Program-made: the position numbers and the translations under genes
The notes under the pieces: generated by a model
The model's input: only the letters and a program-made list of their open reading frames with translations
Database searches by the model: none
Told to the model about the DNA's origin: nothing
Assembly: GCA_964016885.1 (NCBI GenBank)
Contig: OZ024747.1
Location: 2,914,001 to 2,978,000 of the forward strand
Direction: 5' to 3'
From: Eledone cirrhosa
Taxonomy: Eukaryota
DNA: 64,000 nucleotides
Part shown: positions 1 through 14,317 of the stretch, piece after piece
Numbering within the stretch: the stretch's first letter is position 1
Layout: every line of letters starts with the position of its first letter

Positions 1-345
1 GGCCAGTGCATGGACCCCCATTTGCTTATAATAGTGAGAGATGGGGAGAGAGACCCCCATTTGCTTATAATAGTGAGAGAGATGGGGCAGTGAGTGAAAA
101 AAGAGAAAATATCACACCCTTGTTTACTTATTTATTTATTTGTATTTAGTATACTAGTTATGGAACAATGAAGTATATGTTGTAGCCCCATGTAGCACCT
201 ATCACCACCCCCAGTAGCACAAAGTTTGTTCTCCTATCCTACACTGTAATGACTCTGCCTTAAGTTACACTATCTTATGTTCTAATAATGCTGGGGGTTG
301 GAGGTAATATCAATTTTGTCTTGCACCCAACTTTGATAAAATAAT

Positions 346-532
346 TGTTTCTACTTTTGGCACAAGGCCAGCAATTATCCCAGTGCATTACTGGTACTTT
401 ATTTTATCGACCCCGTAAGGACGAAAGGCAAAGTTAACCTTGGCGGGATTTGAACTCAGAATGGCAAGGGCCGTAACTCTATGCATCAAAGCATGGCATC
501 CGACCCTCTACCGATACTGCCAACCCACCGCC
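346..532 (-). mobile_element. tRNA-derived SINE (family A), full length
   Basis: On - strand: A box TGGCAGTATCGG, B box GAGTTCAAATCC, core GCCTTT..TCCTTACGGGGTCGATAAAATAAAGTACCAG (resembles the Deu/Nin-type SINE domain); 15-bp TSD CTTTGATAAAATAAT at 331-345 and 533-547. Confidence 0.9.
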
Positions 533-1814
533 CTTTGATAAAATAATACCAGTAATATATATAGGGCTTATACAATTGAATAACCTCCTTTCCTACAAAT
601 GTGTGGCTTTGTGCCAAAGTTAAAAATCAATATTATTATATAGTTATGGCTTGTAAATTTCCTTTTAAAATCACTCCTACTATTTTATTGAATATTTTCT
701 GATTTTAAGAACATTTCTTTTATTACTTATATTTTAGTAGCCATAAAAACCACCCAAAGTTAACATATGAATAACTTCTATTATAGCTGCCTTATAATCG
801 TATCTGAACTGAATAGTAAAAAGCCTTAAAAATATTTAACAAAATATAAGGCCAATATAGTGTTGATGGCGTTGACTGTAACTGACACTAAATGTTACCA
901 TTTTGGTAGGTCTGGGTTAAGAACCAATGCCCATGCCCTTTACTGGACCTCCAAAACCAATACCATTGATACTCTCCTTAAACTGTTATATGTCCACTCC
1001 TTTAAGAAAGACACAAGCAGGAATAAAGTTCCAGAGAGCTGACGTTTTGGGCAGGAATGACCATCAATTTTTGGTCATATAGTCCTTGGCTTATATACGA
1101 GTATGTATATGGTATGTTTCATAATCTGAAAGGTGATCATACTGGTGTCACAACAAAAAAAGCACTCTGTCCACCCTGTAAAGTGACAGGCATTAAGAAG
1201 AGCATCCAGCTGTAGAAAACCAAACCAAAACCTGAGCATATGAAAAAGTTGTGGTCACCTGAGTGGTCTGGTCATATAATGTTACAGCATGAAAAAATAG
1301 ACATTAAATGGTGAGGATGATGATGATGTTCTATAAGAGCTCCCTTTGTTCCAAGGTCTCCCATACTGTTCAAGCACATTTGGCCCCTAAAACTGATGAG
1401 GAGCAGTGTGCAACTAATTCAACAATCTCTAAGCAAGATTTAAAATTCAGCTTTGTAAGGGAAAAAAAAATAATGATCATTGGTTCCAGTCAGTGAGCTG
1501 GGGGGGGGGATCTTTGTTATCCTCAGAGCTGCATGTTACCTTATTCCATGTATTACAACACCATCATGGGTAGATAAGTGGGGCAACAGTTCAGACAACT
1601 TTCATGCTTTGTTCTCAGCTTGAAAGACCTGACATACACATATACTCTATTGTTACCAATGGAACATTTATCATACCATGCTTCATCTAGAACTTTCTTG
1701 TGAAGCAAACTTAAATAATCTTCCTTGACTACTCATGCATAAATTCCTCAAAACACAGCCCTATGTGACATACCAATACCAAAACCTTGTCTTGTCAAAC
1801 ATACTAACCATTAG

Positions 1815-2090
1815 GTGCATGGCCTAATGGTTAGTATGTTTGATGTACAATCATAGTGTCATTGGTTCAATTCTTGGACCAAATTCTGTGTTGTGTTCTT
1901 GGGCAGAACACTTTATTTCACATTACCCAGTACACTCAGCTGACAATGAGTACTAGCTTTAATTGGAGAGTTAATCCTGGGATAGACCAGTGTCCTATCT
2001 AGGAAGAGTCTTGTAATTTCAGTTGCTAATGCCAAAAAAACTGGGTATAAGCACCAGCCTATTGAGCCTTTGGCTTAGAACAAACTTTAA
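1815..2090 (+). mobile_element. tRNA-derived SINE (family B), diverged; related copies near 12492-12700, 51465-51790 and 32820-32985 (-)
   Basis: A box TGGCCTAATGG, B box GGTTCAATTC, shared core TTGTGTTCTTG..CA..ACACTTTA...CCAGT.CACTCAGCTG..AATGAGT. Confidence 0.7.
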
Positions 2091-3159
2091 CTTTTAACTT
2101 AGTTTTGATACTTTTGTTTATGTCATGCAAATTTTCATTTGTGAGTGTTGAACTGTGACTGAGCTTGTGAATGTATCTCTGATTATTTTTTCTAAATTTC
2201 GTTTTCAAACATTTGAGAATTGTTCTCCCATTTTCTTCTATGGAGATGTATGCAGTGCTGGTTGCTTTCTTTCTTTAAACTTCTTACTGCACCTCTAGTA
2301 AAGGAAGCTGTATAGAATAGGTCATAAACAGGTTTTCAGAAACAAGAATATTTGAATGACAGATCTTTTGTTTAGCCGAGGTTTTGAGATAGAAATCAAA
2401 ATGTTTCGTAGACTCAATATTTGCAAAATAATCCTAAACTGGAAAAAAAAAATGTTCATCCAGTAACACTTGGTAATAATCCAGTTGTCTTGTATCTTGA
2501 GAGCCATTATATACGTCAAAACACAATGATAATAATAATAATAATGATGATGATGATGATGATGATGATAATAATAACAATAATAATAATGAGGATAATA
2601 GTAATAATATATATATATATGTTTATCCCAAGTTCAATCGGGGGTAACCACAGCAGAGTATAAATATTTAAATAGAAATGGCTTCTACAGGACTAGAACT
2701 GTTTCATTCGGGAGATGATGATTTTACAATTTGGTTTTGTAAATCTACAAAAACCAAATTGTAAAATTATATTATAATAAAATAAAATAAAATTATTTAG
2801 AACTACAAGTGAAGTCATTCTTTTCCTCATTTTAAATATACCTAACTGTACCAAGGATTTCACACATTTTCCAATATATATTTATATATATGTATATATA
2901 TATATATTTCTTTTAGCAGTAAGCTTTATCTGCTCCTAATAAGTTTCATCATAAGGAATAGGTTCCCTATACTATATAATCATCAAAATAAGAGAAAAAT
3001 GTGACTTTCTGATAAAAGACATTGAGGAAGGAAAATATATCTTTTTAAGAAGGCAAAACAAAAAGGAATGTTTCTGAGAAATGGTTGAATGGAGGAAACT
3101 TTGTATCATCATATTTATATGATGGAGAGAAAAAATAAATAGATAAATAAACAAACAAA

Positions 3160-3198
<39 letters not shown>

Positions 3199-3936
3199 AA
3201 AATATTTCTCTCCAAAAGAAGAAAATCAATAAATGAATATAACAATATGGTATGGCTAACAAAAATAGCAAGAACACCATCGAAGGTTGATAGCAAATTT
3301 TATATGAATTTTAAGTACATGCAACATAAGGAACAGGAAATATGTGACCAAGAATAAGTGGATTTCTAAATGACCTAACGGAAACACCCTGATGGGAAAA
3401 CTTGTCAAATTTCAATGACAATCTGAATCTATTAAAAGATTATTTGAAGAAAGTCATGGAGAGAGAGAGCTGTTGCCATAGGCTACCAACAGCTAAAGCC
3501 ACATTATAGGACATTTCTGCAAGGTAACTTTAGAAAAAGCTCCTAACACAGCTGGAAGTGATTTTATTGCATGTATAGCAACACAGTAATAAAAATTATT
3601 GCTTATATATTAAATGAAATATGTTGAAGTTAGATTTCATAGTTATTCCTTAGCAAAACAGAATAGCAAGATGTTAATATCACAAGCCACCTTTGATTAA
3701 GTTAATCTTATTATAATCTTAGGTTGTCAATGTTGATAGAATGTTGCATCATCAACTTCTGAAGATACATATGTGTGGAGAACTGCAAGAAATAACATGG
3801 CCAGTAAAATCTTGAGGTGGCTCTACAAAGATCAACTACAGTGACTTTCTAAATCTTTAGTCTTCATGCTCCTTTGTAAATAGTGGATCTCTCTGATTGT
3901 CCCCTCATGAGGAGAAAATACCTGGATGGATGTCAT

Positions 3937-4028
3937 TGCCTTTCATCCTTACGGGGTCGATAAAATAAAGTACCAGTAATGCACTGGGGTAATTGCTGGC
4001 CTTGTGCCAAAAGTAGAAACAATTATTT
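3937..4028 (+). mobile_element. SINE family A, 3' half
   Basis: Near-identical to the core and tail of 346-532. Confidence 0.85.
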
Positions 4029-4149
4029 AGAAAGGAAAATAACTGGATTAGAAATATAGGCATTTTGAGGGATCCACGAAAATTAGTAATTATTTCATTA
4101 CTAAGACAGTAACTAAAAACATCTGACTGATAAAATGACAAATCAGTCA

Positions 4150-4390
4150 ATCATATTGGTGGCCTCCCCACAGCCCCAGTGGACAGAATGAAGTAGGAGT
4201 TTCCCCAGAGGAGGGCAAGGGAGACACGCTGGAAAAGCCATTCCAGCTCACAAGGCTCACACCTGCGGCTGGCCAGCTCAGCATCTATGGTGGTGAGTAG
4301 GGAGGAAGCCCTAGGGCCTAAGACACCAGAAGTCTCCACTGCCAAGGGTACAACTGCAAACCTGTCGGAGAGCGACCGGTATTTAGAAAG
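4150..4390 (-). mobile_element. Fragment of a non-LTR retrotransposon C-terminal restriction-like endonuclease region (CRE-like)
   Basis: Translation FAVVPLAVETSGVLGPRA...WLFQRVSLALLWGNS matches the P.AVET.G..G...FQR.S.A.QRGN pattern of CRE-type elements; GC-rich island. Confidence 0.7.
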
Positions 4391-4589
4391 TAACCATAAG
4401 GAGGAAGCTGATAGAAAATGTTGCTGGAAGGAAGCAGGCTGATAAAAAATTACTTAGCTACAGCCCAAATTATCATGTCTTTGTTGCTAAGTTTCTATTA
4501 GGCCAAATTAAAAAGGCTTATACAAACATCTTAGAACACAGGTAGGTGAAAACTTGTGACAGGGCAAGCAGTCAGTAGGAGGACTTATC

Positions 4590-4900
4590 ATTATTTGTAA
4601 ATCCACTTTTCCATGCTGGCATGGGTTGGACAGGTCCTTCTCAGTACAGCATCTCTCCACTTGTTATGTTCCTTCAACATCTCCTCTGCCAGTCTCAGTG
4701 ATTTGAGGTCAGCTCTCACAACCTCTGCCCAGATCATTCTAGGTCGTCCTCTATTTTGGCTTTCTTCCACTGGGATTTCCTGGCATTTCTTCACCCACTG
4801 GTCACTGTCCATTCACATCACATGTCCAGACTAACACAATCTTCTCTCCTACACACCATCTTGGATTCCCCTTAAGCCCAGCTTCTGTCACAGCTCATCC
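4590..4900 (-). mobile_element. Old RTE LINE 3' fragment; similar relics near 12800-13290 (+) and 22340-22800 (-)
   Basis: Translation WVKKC...RGRPRMIWAEVVRADL, followed by the CCATGC..GCATGG 3' stem-loop. Confidence 0.75.
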
Positions 4901-5189
4901 AAGCTCTACCTTTATGTGCAATGTAAATGTGAGAGAAAAACAGAGAAAGAACTCTATATTATAAAGTTTATATTCCTCTGCTCTATTTTAATCAAAACAT
5001 CTTTAAGTTATATTGGCATCAGAACCTTTTAGATGTATATCAAATTGGCATATATTTCTTAAAAGAACCAAGAAATAAATGGAAATTTACAGTTATTTAT
5101 TTAATTTTTCCTAATCAATATTTCATTCATATCACTTGAAAGGAATTGATTATCATTAATATTAGTATTTCGTATAAATCACATACATA

Positions 5190-5227
<38 letters not shown>

Positions 5228-7820
5228 ATCTCTTATAAGCGAACTATTTAATTCAATTTCTATTAAGTTAAGCTTCATAGAAATTAATGTAATGATTGCC
5301 CTATAAAATATGAAGACTGCCACCTACATTTCTGATGAAATTTGATCTTAATGAGATTGTTAAGAGTGAGGAGAAGGAAATTCATAAAATAAACTTGAAT
5401 GAATGGAAGAAAAAAAACGATCAGTATTTTTGCATATTTATAATGTGAAATGAAAAATAGGAACTGCTAACTGAAAAGACTTTGATAATTCTCAATCTAA
5501 CTGAAACTGAGTGCCAAAATTATCAATGTCTCTTATTAAGTGACATATGAATGACTGAATAATTTACCATAGATATTTTATTAATGCTGAATGAATAATT
5601 TACCATAGATAAATTTGTTTTTCCTGTTTTCCTTCTCCAAGTATGAGTGGGATTGTTTTTTGCGAAAATTCTAATATGTGTGTATATTGATAATGTAAGT
5701 GTTTCTAGACTTGAATTATAGAAGTAGAATTTAAAGTAAATTGTTGTCAGTTAGGAAGGAATACTGAAACAATCTATCTATACTAGACATTTAGTTAATT
5801 CTGAATACACTGACAAATATATGTTCTTCATACAGCCACAAATGTATTGGACACATCATCACTATTGTATCCTAGAGTCATTGGGTATAGAGGTCTTACA
5901 ACACATTTTTATGGCTTTCCATATCTTCATGGATAAAAAGGAGATCATTCAAGTCTTGTTCCCATCAGTTAGCTGATGAAAACCCAACAGAAACTTTTAC
6001 TCTCCATTTTGTCAAATTTTCTGCACAAAAGAATGAAGACACAAACCATTACATCTGGGATCATACATAATATCTTCCCTTGGCAGACGTCAAACTGGAA
6101 TAAAAGAATGTCATTCAACTTGAAGCTGGCCTTTTTAGTTTTAAGATGGTTAACATTTATTTTAATTTAATACCTGTAGGTACAACTTTTCAATTCCAAT
6201 TACTTGCACCAAGCTAACTTTGATTCGTAAAATGTGTGTGTGTGTGTGTGTGGGGGGGGGGGGTTGCTGTGTATTCTAATTTTTTGTGTATGAGGGGGAA
6301 CCCGAAGGTCTAAATAAACCCAACCCTGTCCTTCTTGATGTAGAATCTGGTACAGAGAGATTGAAAGTGGATTCAATCCTTGTCAATATTAGTGGCTACC
6401 TTACTGAGGTGTCAGGTGATGCCTGTGAGGGTATTTCATTGTTTCAGCTCCTTAGCCACCTCATCACCTGTGGTAATGCATGTTGGTTTGCATCTAAAAT
6501 TTCCAACGACCCTTGTAGTCTGTGACCGATTGACACACTTAGTGTTGAATTGATGTTTTATTTTTCTCTCACTTTGAATAATTTCTGGTGTGTTTGAAGA
6601 CCGTATTCATCCAAAACACATCAAAAGCAATAAGAAAAACATAAATGTCATTATTTAAAGTGAAATGAGTAAGTTTTAACGAAAATTCCTACTGTGTACC
6701 CCCACCAGTTAACTAAAAAATAAATGGATAGCTCCTGGTGGCTAGATTCGTTCCAAACATACCAAAAACCCAGAGGAAAACCATAATGTTCACCTCTGAT
6801 GCAAAATGGGTGTAATTGTAAGCATTAACCAAAACTTATGATATTAGAGAAATACACTCCCTATCGATTTCAATAGGGAAATAATTCATTTTCTCCAGCT
6901 TTTTGTGTGCTATCAAAAAAAAAAAAAAGGGAGAAAATGGTAAAGAGTACTTCAGGTGAAGGGTGGAGTCTGAACATCCCCCATTTAAGAGATACGTTTC
7001 ATTGATAGCACAAAAAAAAAGAACAAAAAAACAACAACAAAGAAAAAATTTCCCAATGAAAAAAAATCACCCAATTTTAAAGGTTTCCAATTTAAAGTAA
7101 AATCTTCATAATTTTGTATAAAAACCTTACATCAATGAAATAAATAATTTTAGTAAATCCTTTGAAACTCTTCATTAATTAATTAAAATAAAGTATATTT
7201 TATTAGAAATGCCGTCATGAAAGGGTTAAAATTTAATTTAATTTAATCCTGTATCCTCAGAGACTTAACAAAATATAGAAATATGTACGAACTTACAATC
7301 TCAAAAAGAAAATGTCCAAACATTACGATGATAACTAAAAAGAATAACTATTTAGCCAGACTGGTATAACGAGATGGTAAACTTAAAAGAAATCAAACGT
7401 AATTATAGATAAAGCAAGGTTTGACTTATGACCATCTGGTTCTTTGTCCAGCACTGGAAAATAACCCTTGTTGTGTCTTAGCAATTGAGAATTTTATTTT
7501 ACTGGAATAATTTTATTGTTGATATAACCATAAATTGGTCAAACAGAGAGAAAAAGAAAACAGTATTGGAAAGGACTATAAATGCTACAAATGAGAGCAA
7601 AGGGAAGGGGGGGGGGTTATTAAGTAGAAGAGAAAAGGAAGGGGGAGAGTGAGAGACTTTAAACCTAGGTCAGAGCTGTGTTTGTATTGCACCCCCAAGG
7701 ACAAAATAGCAAAGATGTATCAAATACAAATGTGTATCATATTATTGCACTTTATTCTACAGATTAGCAAGGTTTATTTTTGTGTAACTTTACTGTATTT
7801 TTCCACAAACAACTATTAAG

Positions 7821-7878
<58 letters not shown>

Positions 7879-7939
7879 CTTAATAGTTGTTTGTGGAAAA
7901 ATACAGTAAAGTTACACAAAATGTGTATGTGTGTGCATA

Positions 7940-7985
<46 letters not shown>

Positions 7986-8173
7986 TATGCACACCACACA
8001 CATACACACAACTATTAAGTAATTATTTAGAAGCTGTTTCCTAAACTAAAATAATGACAATATAATAGTTATAGATATTCATAGCAATAAACTAAATATA
8101 TTATAGTTAGGAAAAACTACTTTGACAATGTATAATTTTGTTAAAAGGACATAAAATAAAACTAATACACACA

Positions 8174-8207
<34 letters not shown>

Positions 8208-8588
8208 GTGAACATAATTTGTTTAAATATTGCTTATCATAAATCATTCTAAATAAGCACACATGTGAATAATCTTAGTTGAAAATGAATTTATAATAAT
8301 TTTAAGCTCTTCAATGCTGACTGTTCTAAATTAAGGGATGTTTTAGCAAATAAGAGTTTAAATCTGAATACACCAACAACGTTGCTATTGGCATCTTCAT
8401 CATTCTATGTTCGTTTTAATATATTGGCACGAGTGCAACAAGTTGTTGCATCTTCATTCAGCTTGTCTTTTGATTTATAAAAGATGTAGGAAGCTCAATC
8501 ACCAAAAATAACTACAATTACAGTGAGCTGCTATAAAATAGCTCATACAAAAAAGCTAAAGATCCTTAGAGATGGAAAAATATGTTAG

Positions 8589-8662
8589 TGGCCACTGCGA
8601 GGAATTGAACATTGTATTTCTCATATAATGGCAGAGTGCTCTAACCATCAAGCTAAGCGACC
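8589..8662 (-). pseudogene. tRNA-like sequence (degenerate)
   Basis: GGTCGCT/AGTGGCC acceptor stem pairs; TAGCTTGATGGTTAGAGC D arm; GTTCAATTCC B box; anticodon and T stems do not pair well. Confidence 0.55.
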
Positions 8663-9186
8663 TCTTACAACATCTTATCAAAATTAAGGAGCTGAATCAA
8701 AGAGATTTGGAAACTGTACACAAACATTACATGCGGCACTTGAACTTTCGTAATTACAAGCTGCTGTGGGAATAAATTTATAGGAAGTGTAGGATGATCA
8801 AGCACAGAAAATAACTGCAGTTACAGATGGATAGCTTATAAAAATACAGCCACAGCAGCTTCATTAATAAATAATTGTTGTAGATTATAACTTCATTACA
8901 CTCAGCATATCATCACTCACAAAAATGAAGTTTTATAATTTTAAAAGTTTATATAATATTTCAAAAATAATTTTAAAAGGGAAATGAATTATGGAATATG
9001 AATAAGAAAACTGATTCCATTGAGTTTGTAAGGAACTTTTTATAAAACACTTACGAGAAAAATTTCATTAATGTTTTTGTAAATATATTTATTTCATTCA
9101 ACATTTCTTTTATATCCATTTCTGTATGTTGGCAAGTGTTGAACACCTATGCATATATCATATACATAACACACACACACACGCAC

Positions 9187-9233
<47 letters not shown>

Positions 9234-9659
9234 CATACACACACACATATTTATTACGTATTACAATTGTTTCTCCAGTGAATAGCTCGAGGTGCGATCT
9301 GTTTGTGGATCGAACCTGACTCTGGATTTGCAAGTTCCTCAGATATGTCTAGTGATTTCACCACCTATGGATGCATCCAAGCAACCATACTACAAATATA
9401 TATATATAGTTTAATAAATGAACAGAGAACAAAAAACAGAGAGGCAGTACAAATGATATGGTTTTTAGTTTCACGCTTGAGAGTGGGGGTGGGGGGGACG
9501 ACGTTTCGGGCATAAGCCCTTGATCAGGAGAACAGTGGATAGGAAGAGAGTTCCGAGGGTGTGTGGGGGAGTGGTGGAAAGACATTTAAAAAATGTATGT
9601 ATATATATACATACACAAGGTCATTAGAGCATTAGCTATTTTCTGCTTTCTATGCTGCT

Positions 9660-11175
9660 GTACACCTACACATACATACACACAGGTACACATTCAGCTA
9701 CACACACAGGTATACACTCAGCTACACACATAGGTCCACACACAGGTACACACTCAGGTAGACACTCAGCTACACACACATGTACACCCACAGCTACACA
9801 CTCAGCTACACACTCAGGTACATACACAGGTATATACACAGGTACACACACAGGTACACACTCAGGTACATACACAGGTACACACACAGGTACATACACA
9901 GGTACACACTCAGGTACACACACAGGTACACACACAGGTACACACACAGGTACACACACAGGTACACACTCAGGTACACACACAGGTACACACACAGGTA
10001 CACACTCAGGTAGACACACAGGTACACACACAGGTACACACACAGGTACACACTCAGGTACACACACAGGTACACACACAGGTACACACACAGGTACATA
10101 CACAGGTATACACACAGGTACACAGGTACACACACAGGTACACACTCAGGTACACACACAAGTACACACTCAGGTACACACACATGTACACCCACAGCTA
10201 CACACAGCTACACACTCAGCTACACACTCAGGTACATACACAGGTATACACACAGGTACACACACAAGTACACACACAGGTACACACACAGGTACACACT
10301 CAGGTACACACACAGGTACACACACAGGTACACACACAGGTACATACACAGGTATACACACAGGTACACAGGTACACACACACACAGGTACACACTCAGG
10401 TACACACACAAGTACACACTCAGGTACACACACATGTACACCCACAGCTACACACAGCTACACACTCAGCTACACACTCAGGTACATACACAGGTATACA
10501 CACAGGTACACACACAAGTACACACACAGGTACACACACAGGTACACACACAGGTACATACACAGGTACACACACAGGTACACACACAGGTACACACACA
10601 GGTACACACACAGGTACACACACAGGTATACACTCAGGTACACACACAGGTACACACACAGGTACATACACAGGTATACACACAGGTACACACACTCAGG
10701 TACATACACAGGTACACACACAGGTACACACTCAGGTACACACACAGGTACACACTCAGGTACATACACAGGTACACACACAGGTACATACACAGGTATA
10801 CACACAGGTATACACACAGGTACACACACAGGTACACACTCAGGTACACACACAGGTACACACACAGGTACATACACAGGTATACACACAGGTACACACA
10901 CAGGTACACACACAGGTACATACACAGGTATACACACAGGTACACACACAGGTACACACTCAGGTACACACACAGGTACACACACAGGTACACACTCAGG
11001 TACACACACAGGTACACACACAGGTACATACACAGGTATACACACAGGTACACACACAGGTACACACACAGGTATATACACAGGTACACACACAGGTACA
11101 CACTCAGGTACACACACAGGTACACACACAGGTACACACTCAGGTACACACACAGGTACACACACTCAGGTACAT
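9660..11175. repeat. Minisatellite, 12-bp unit CAGGTACACACA with variants
   Basis: Directly visible; gives stop-free HTGT/HTQV/YTHR frames. Confidence 0.97.
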
Positions 11176-11314
11176 ATTTTGTGTTGTTTCTATACATTTA
11201 CTGTATTCATTTTGTCTTCATAATTTATCTGTTATCTTCCCCTTGTATAGTTGTAAAGTATATAAATTCCAGTATTAAGGTGTAGCGAGGTGTGTTTAGG
11301 ATCAATAATGAAAG

Positions 11315-11480
11315 GGCAGCGGGTTGATAGAATCATTAGAGTGGTGGAGGAAATACTTTGTGGCATTTATTCTGGCTCTTTACATCCTGAGTTCAATCCC
11401 TGCCAAGGTTTACTTTGCCTTTTATCCTTTTGGGGGTTGATAAAATAAAATACCGGTCTCATACTGGGTCGATATTGACC
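11315..11480 (+). mobile_element. SINE family A-related, diverged
   Basis: GAGTTCAATCC B box plus TTTGCCTTTTATCC...GATAAAATAAAATACC core. Confidence 0.7.
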
Positions 11481-13420
11481 TTTCCCCTCCCCTTATAATT
11501 AATTACTTTGAATATTATTGTGACAATTCAGAATGTTTCCGATTTTATTTGTGTTCTTTTGGAATTCAATAATTTAAGAGTTTGGTTACACAGAGAGGTT
11601 TTAATATCTGTTTATTACCACATGTTTCAATACAATGCAAAATTACAAGTTTGTAAACGATATTAAATGTTCCACTAATGAGCAAGAAAGACATAGAGAA
11701 ACTTGTATATGAAACTCCAATTAAAATCTGCGATTAATTGCAAAACTTTACATATACTGCCAGACAATGCAATAAAAACAATGTTGACAACAACAACAAC
11801 TACAACAACAAAAGCAACAACTAAACACTAGAGCAAGAATATATGATAACATCTTTCCAAAAATATGATATTCAATACAAGTAGGATTATTCTAAAGGAG
11901 AAATGTTTCAATTATATTCATGTATATTCATGTACAAGAATGTACGTGTCAATGTGGAGGTGGGAGTTTGTATGTGTGTTCTTGTCAATGTACAAACGTT
12001 CAATTAATACTATAGACAGCTTCTCGCAATATACATAGCTAAAACAATATTCCAAGTTCAGTAAAACATTCTCAACTCAAGATAAATATAGTTTACAAGT
12101 GAGATGTAGGTCTCATTAAGCAACAGAGCATACGATGTTGTCATAGCATTCTTTTTCATAAACTAGAGTAAGCAGGTGGCAGTATGAATTCTCCATAGCT
12201 TTTTCCTTTTCCTTTTTTTTCATATCTTAACCTGTTATGGTTGAGTTCTCTTTAGAAAAACTGTCTGTACGATTTAATTTTTTATTATAGAAGTGACATC
12301 CATGTATTCTCTGTTATGTAAAAACCAATCCCAGTTGTACAATCAGCGGCAATCCACACAGCTCAGAGTAATATCAAAAATATAATAAAGTTGTATCATC
12401 TATTTTAAGCAATTTTCCTCATATTTTTAAAGTGAAACATATGGAGAAACTACAACAAATGTAGCTTTTCAGGTGTGTATAGTCAATAAAGTGCATGGCC
12501 TAGAGGTAAGGGTTTGAATTTAAGATCATAATATTGTGGGTTCAATTCCTGGACTGGGTTGCGTGTTGTGTTCTTGAGGATAACACTTCATTTCACGTTG
12601 CTCCAGTATACTCAGATGAAAATGAGTACCAGCAATAGCTGGGGGTTTAACCCTGTGATGGACTTGCATCCCAAATTGCTACAAGGTCTCTATAAAAATG
12701 CCTTAATATATGTTCAGATAAAATGGCTTCAGTCGAAACCAATTTATGTGGGTGTCAGACTCCAATGAAGGGGCATATTGTCACCTCTCCTGTTCATAAT
12801 TTATATGAACAGGATTAACATGTGCAGCAAAGCTGGAAGTGATATCAAAACCAGTGGGCATAGGATCAGTCACCTGGAATTTGTTGATGGCATGGTACTA
12901 TTCATGTCATTGGAATGAAATCAGTGCTGCAAAGAGTGAGACACTTGTCCTCTCAAGAAAGCCTGTGCAGTGGGTTGTATGTGTGACTAGAGTTACACTA
13001 AAGCAGGAAGAGTCTCCTGGGGCTGAGTGTTAAAAGACAGGAAGCCAAATTAAATGTAAAATTTGCTGAAACTATTGTAATCATGTGTCAGCTTTAACAT
13101 TCAGTAATCAGAAGCGAGGTATGTGTGACTTTCAAACTCGCTATCTTCAATTCGGTGTTTGTGCCAACACTTACCTATGGTTATGAATCTTGTGTAATGA
13201 CCTAGATAATACGATTGTGAGTAAAAGCGACCAAAATATGGTTCCTTTGAAGGGTCGTTGGAGTAATGTTACTCAATAGCTTGGAGATCATCATTTTACA
13301 TCAGTTTTTTTATATGTGCATGGGTTAGATATGTATGTATATATCTGTATGTATGTATATATCTATATATCTATATGTATGTATGCATATATATATATAT
13401 ATGTGTGTGTGCATGCATAC

Positions 13421-13453
<33 letters not shown>

Positions 13454-13540
13454 TATATATATATATAGATAGATATCCCCAAAATGCCAGGCTGAATACA
13501 CGTGCTTTTTCTTAAAAACATATTTCTGTTCTTTCCTCTT

Positions 13541-13613
<73 letters not shown>

Positions 13614-13766
13614 GGGGGGGGGTGTTAGCGTGTGTGTGTGTATAAGGCTGAGGCCATGCTGGGGTACTGGCATTGTGTGTATATATATATATACACATAC
13701 ATACATGTGTGTGTGTGTATTGTATATATATATATATATATATATACATACATATGTGTGTGTGTG

Positions 13767-13811
<45 letters not shown>

Positions 13812-14270
13812 ACTATGTTTGCTTTTCCGTGGTAGCATTATTTCATGCATCAAGAGCTGCTTCTCTATATTTATGACAAGTAAAGATTTCTGAAGAATCA
13901 ACATGTCAGAGATACATAGTAAGTATAGTGATAGAAAGACAACGAAATTGATGCAAGGTTTTAGTTATGAAACAATGCAGAAATATTTTATTGCACAACT
14001 TAGGTGAAAAGATGGACATTTTTATATACAACAAAGAGTAGTTGTTGCACAGATAGTGATTGACTATTGATTCAGAGGCCAAGAATTTACCTTCAGCTAC
14101 AGATGTTGTGATGTATCTTTGAGAAAGACACTTAAATTTAATTGCCTTCTAGCTAAGCTGGTTCCAGGCTTATTATTGTGACCTCTTCTAGATAAAATTA
14201 GATACACTAGGAGAGAGATTTTCGTGTTTCGGAGTAACAGGATATCTATAATAACCTTCTCAGAAATATA

Positions 14271-14314
<44 letters not shown>

Positions 14315-14317
<3 letters not shown>

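Noticed and set aside
5974-6000. CTGATGA...GAAAC as a hammerhead (also CTGATGA at ~1393 and ~5332)
   Set aside because: No stem II or stem I pairing, or GAAA is missing; expected by chance.
9652-11285. Long ORFs (523, 364, 283 aa) rich in HTGT/HTQV/YTHR
   Set aside because: All frames on both strands are open because the 12-bp unit lacks stops; frame-shifting indels are tolerated, so there is no sign of coding constraint.
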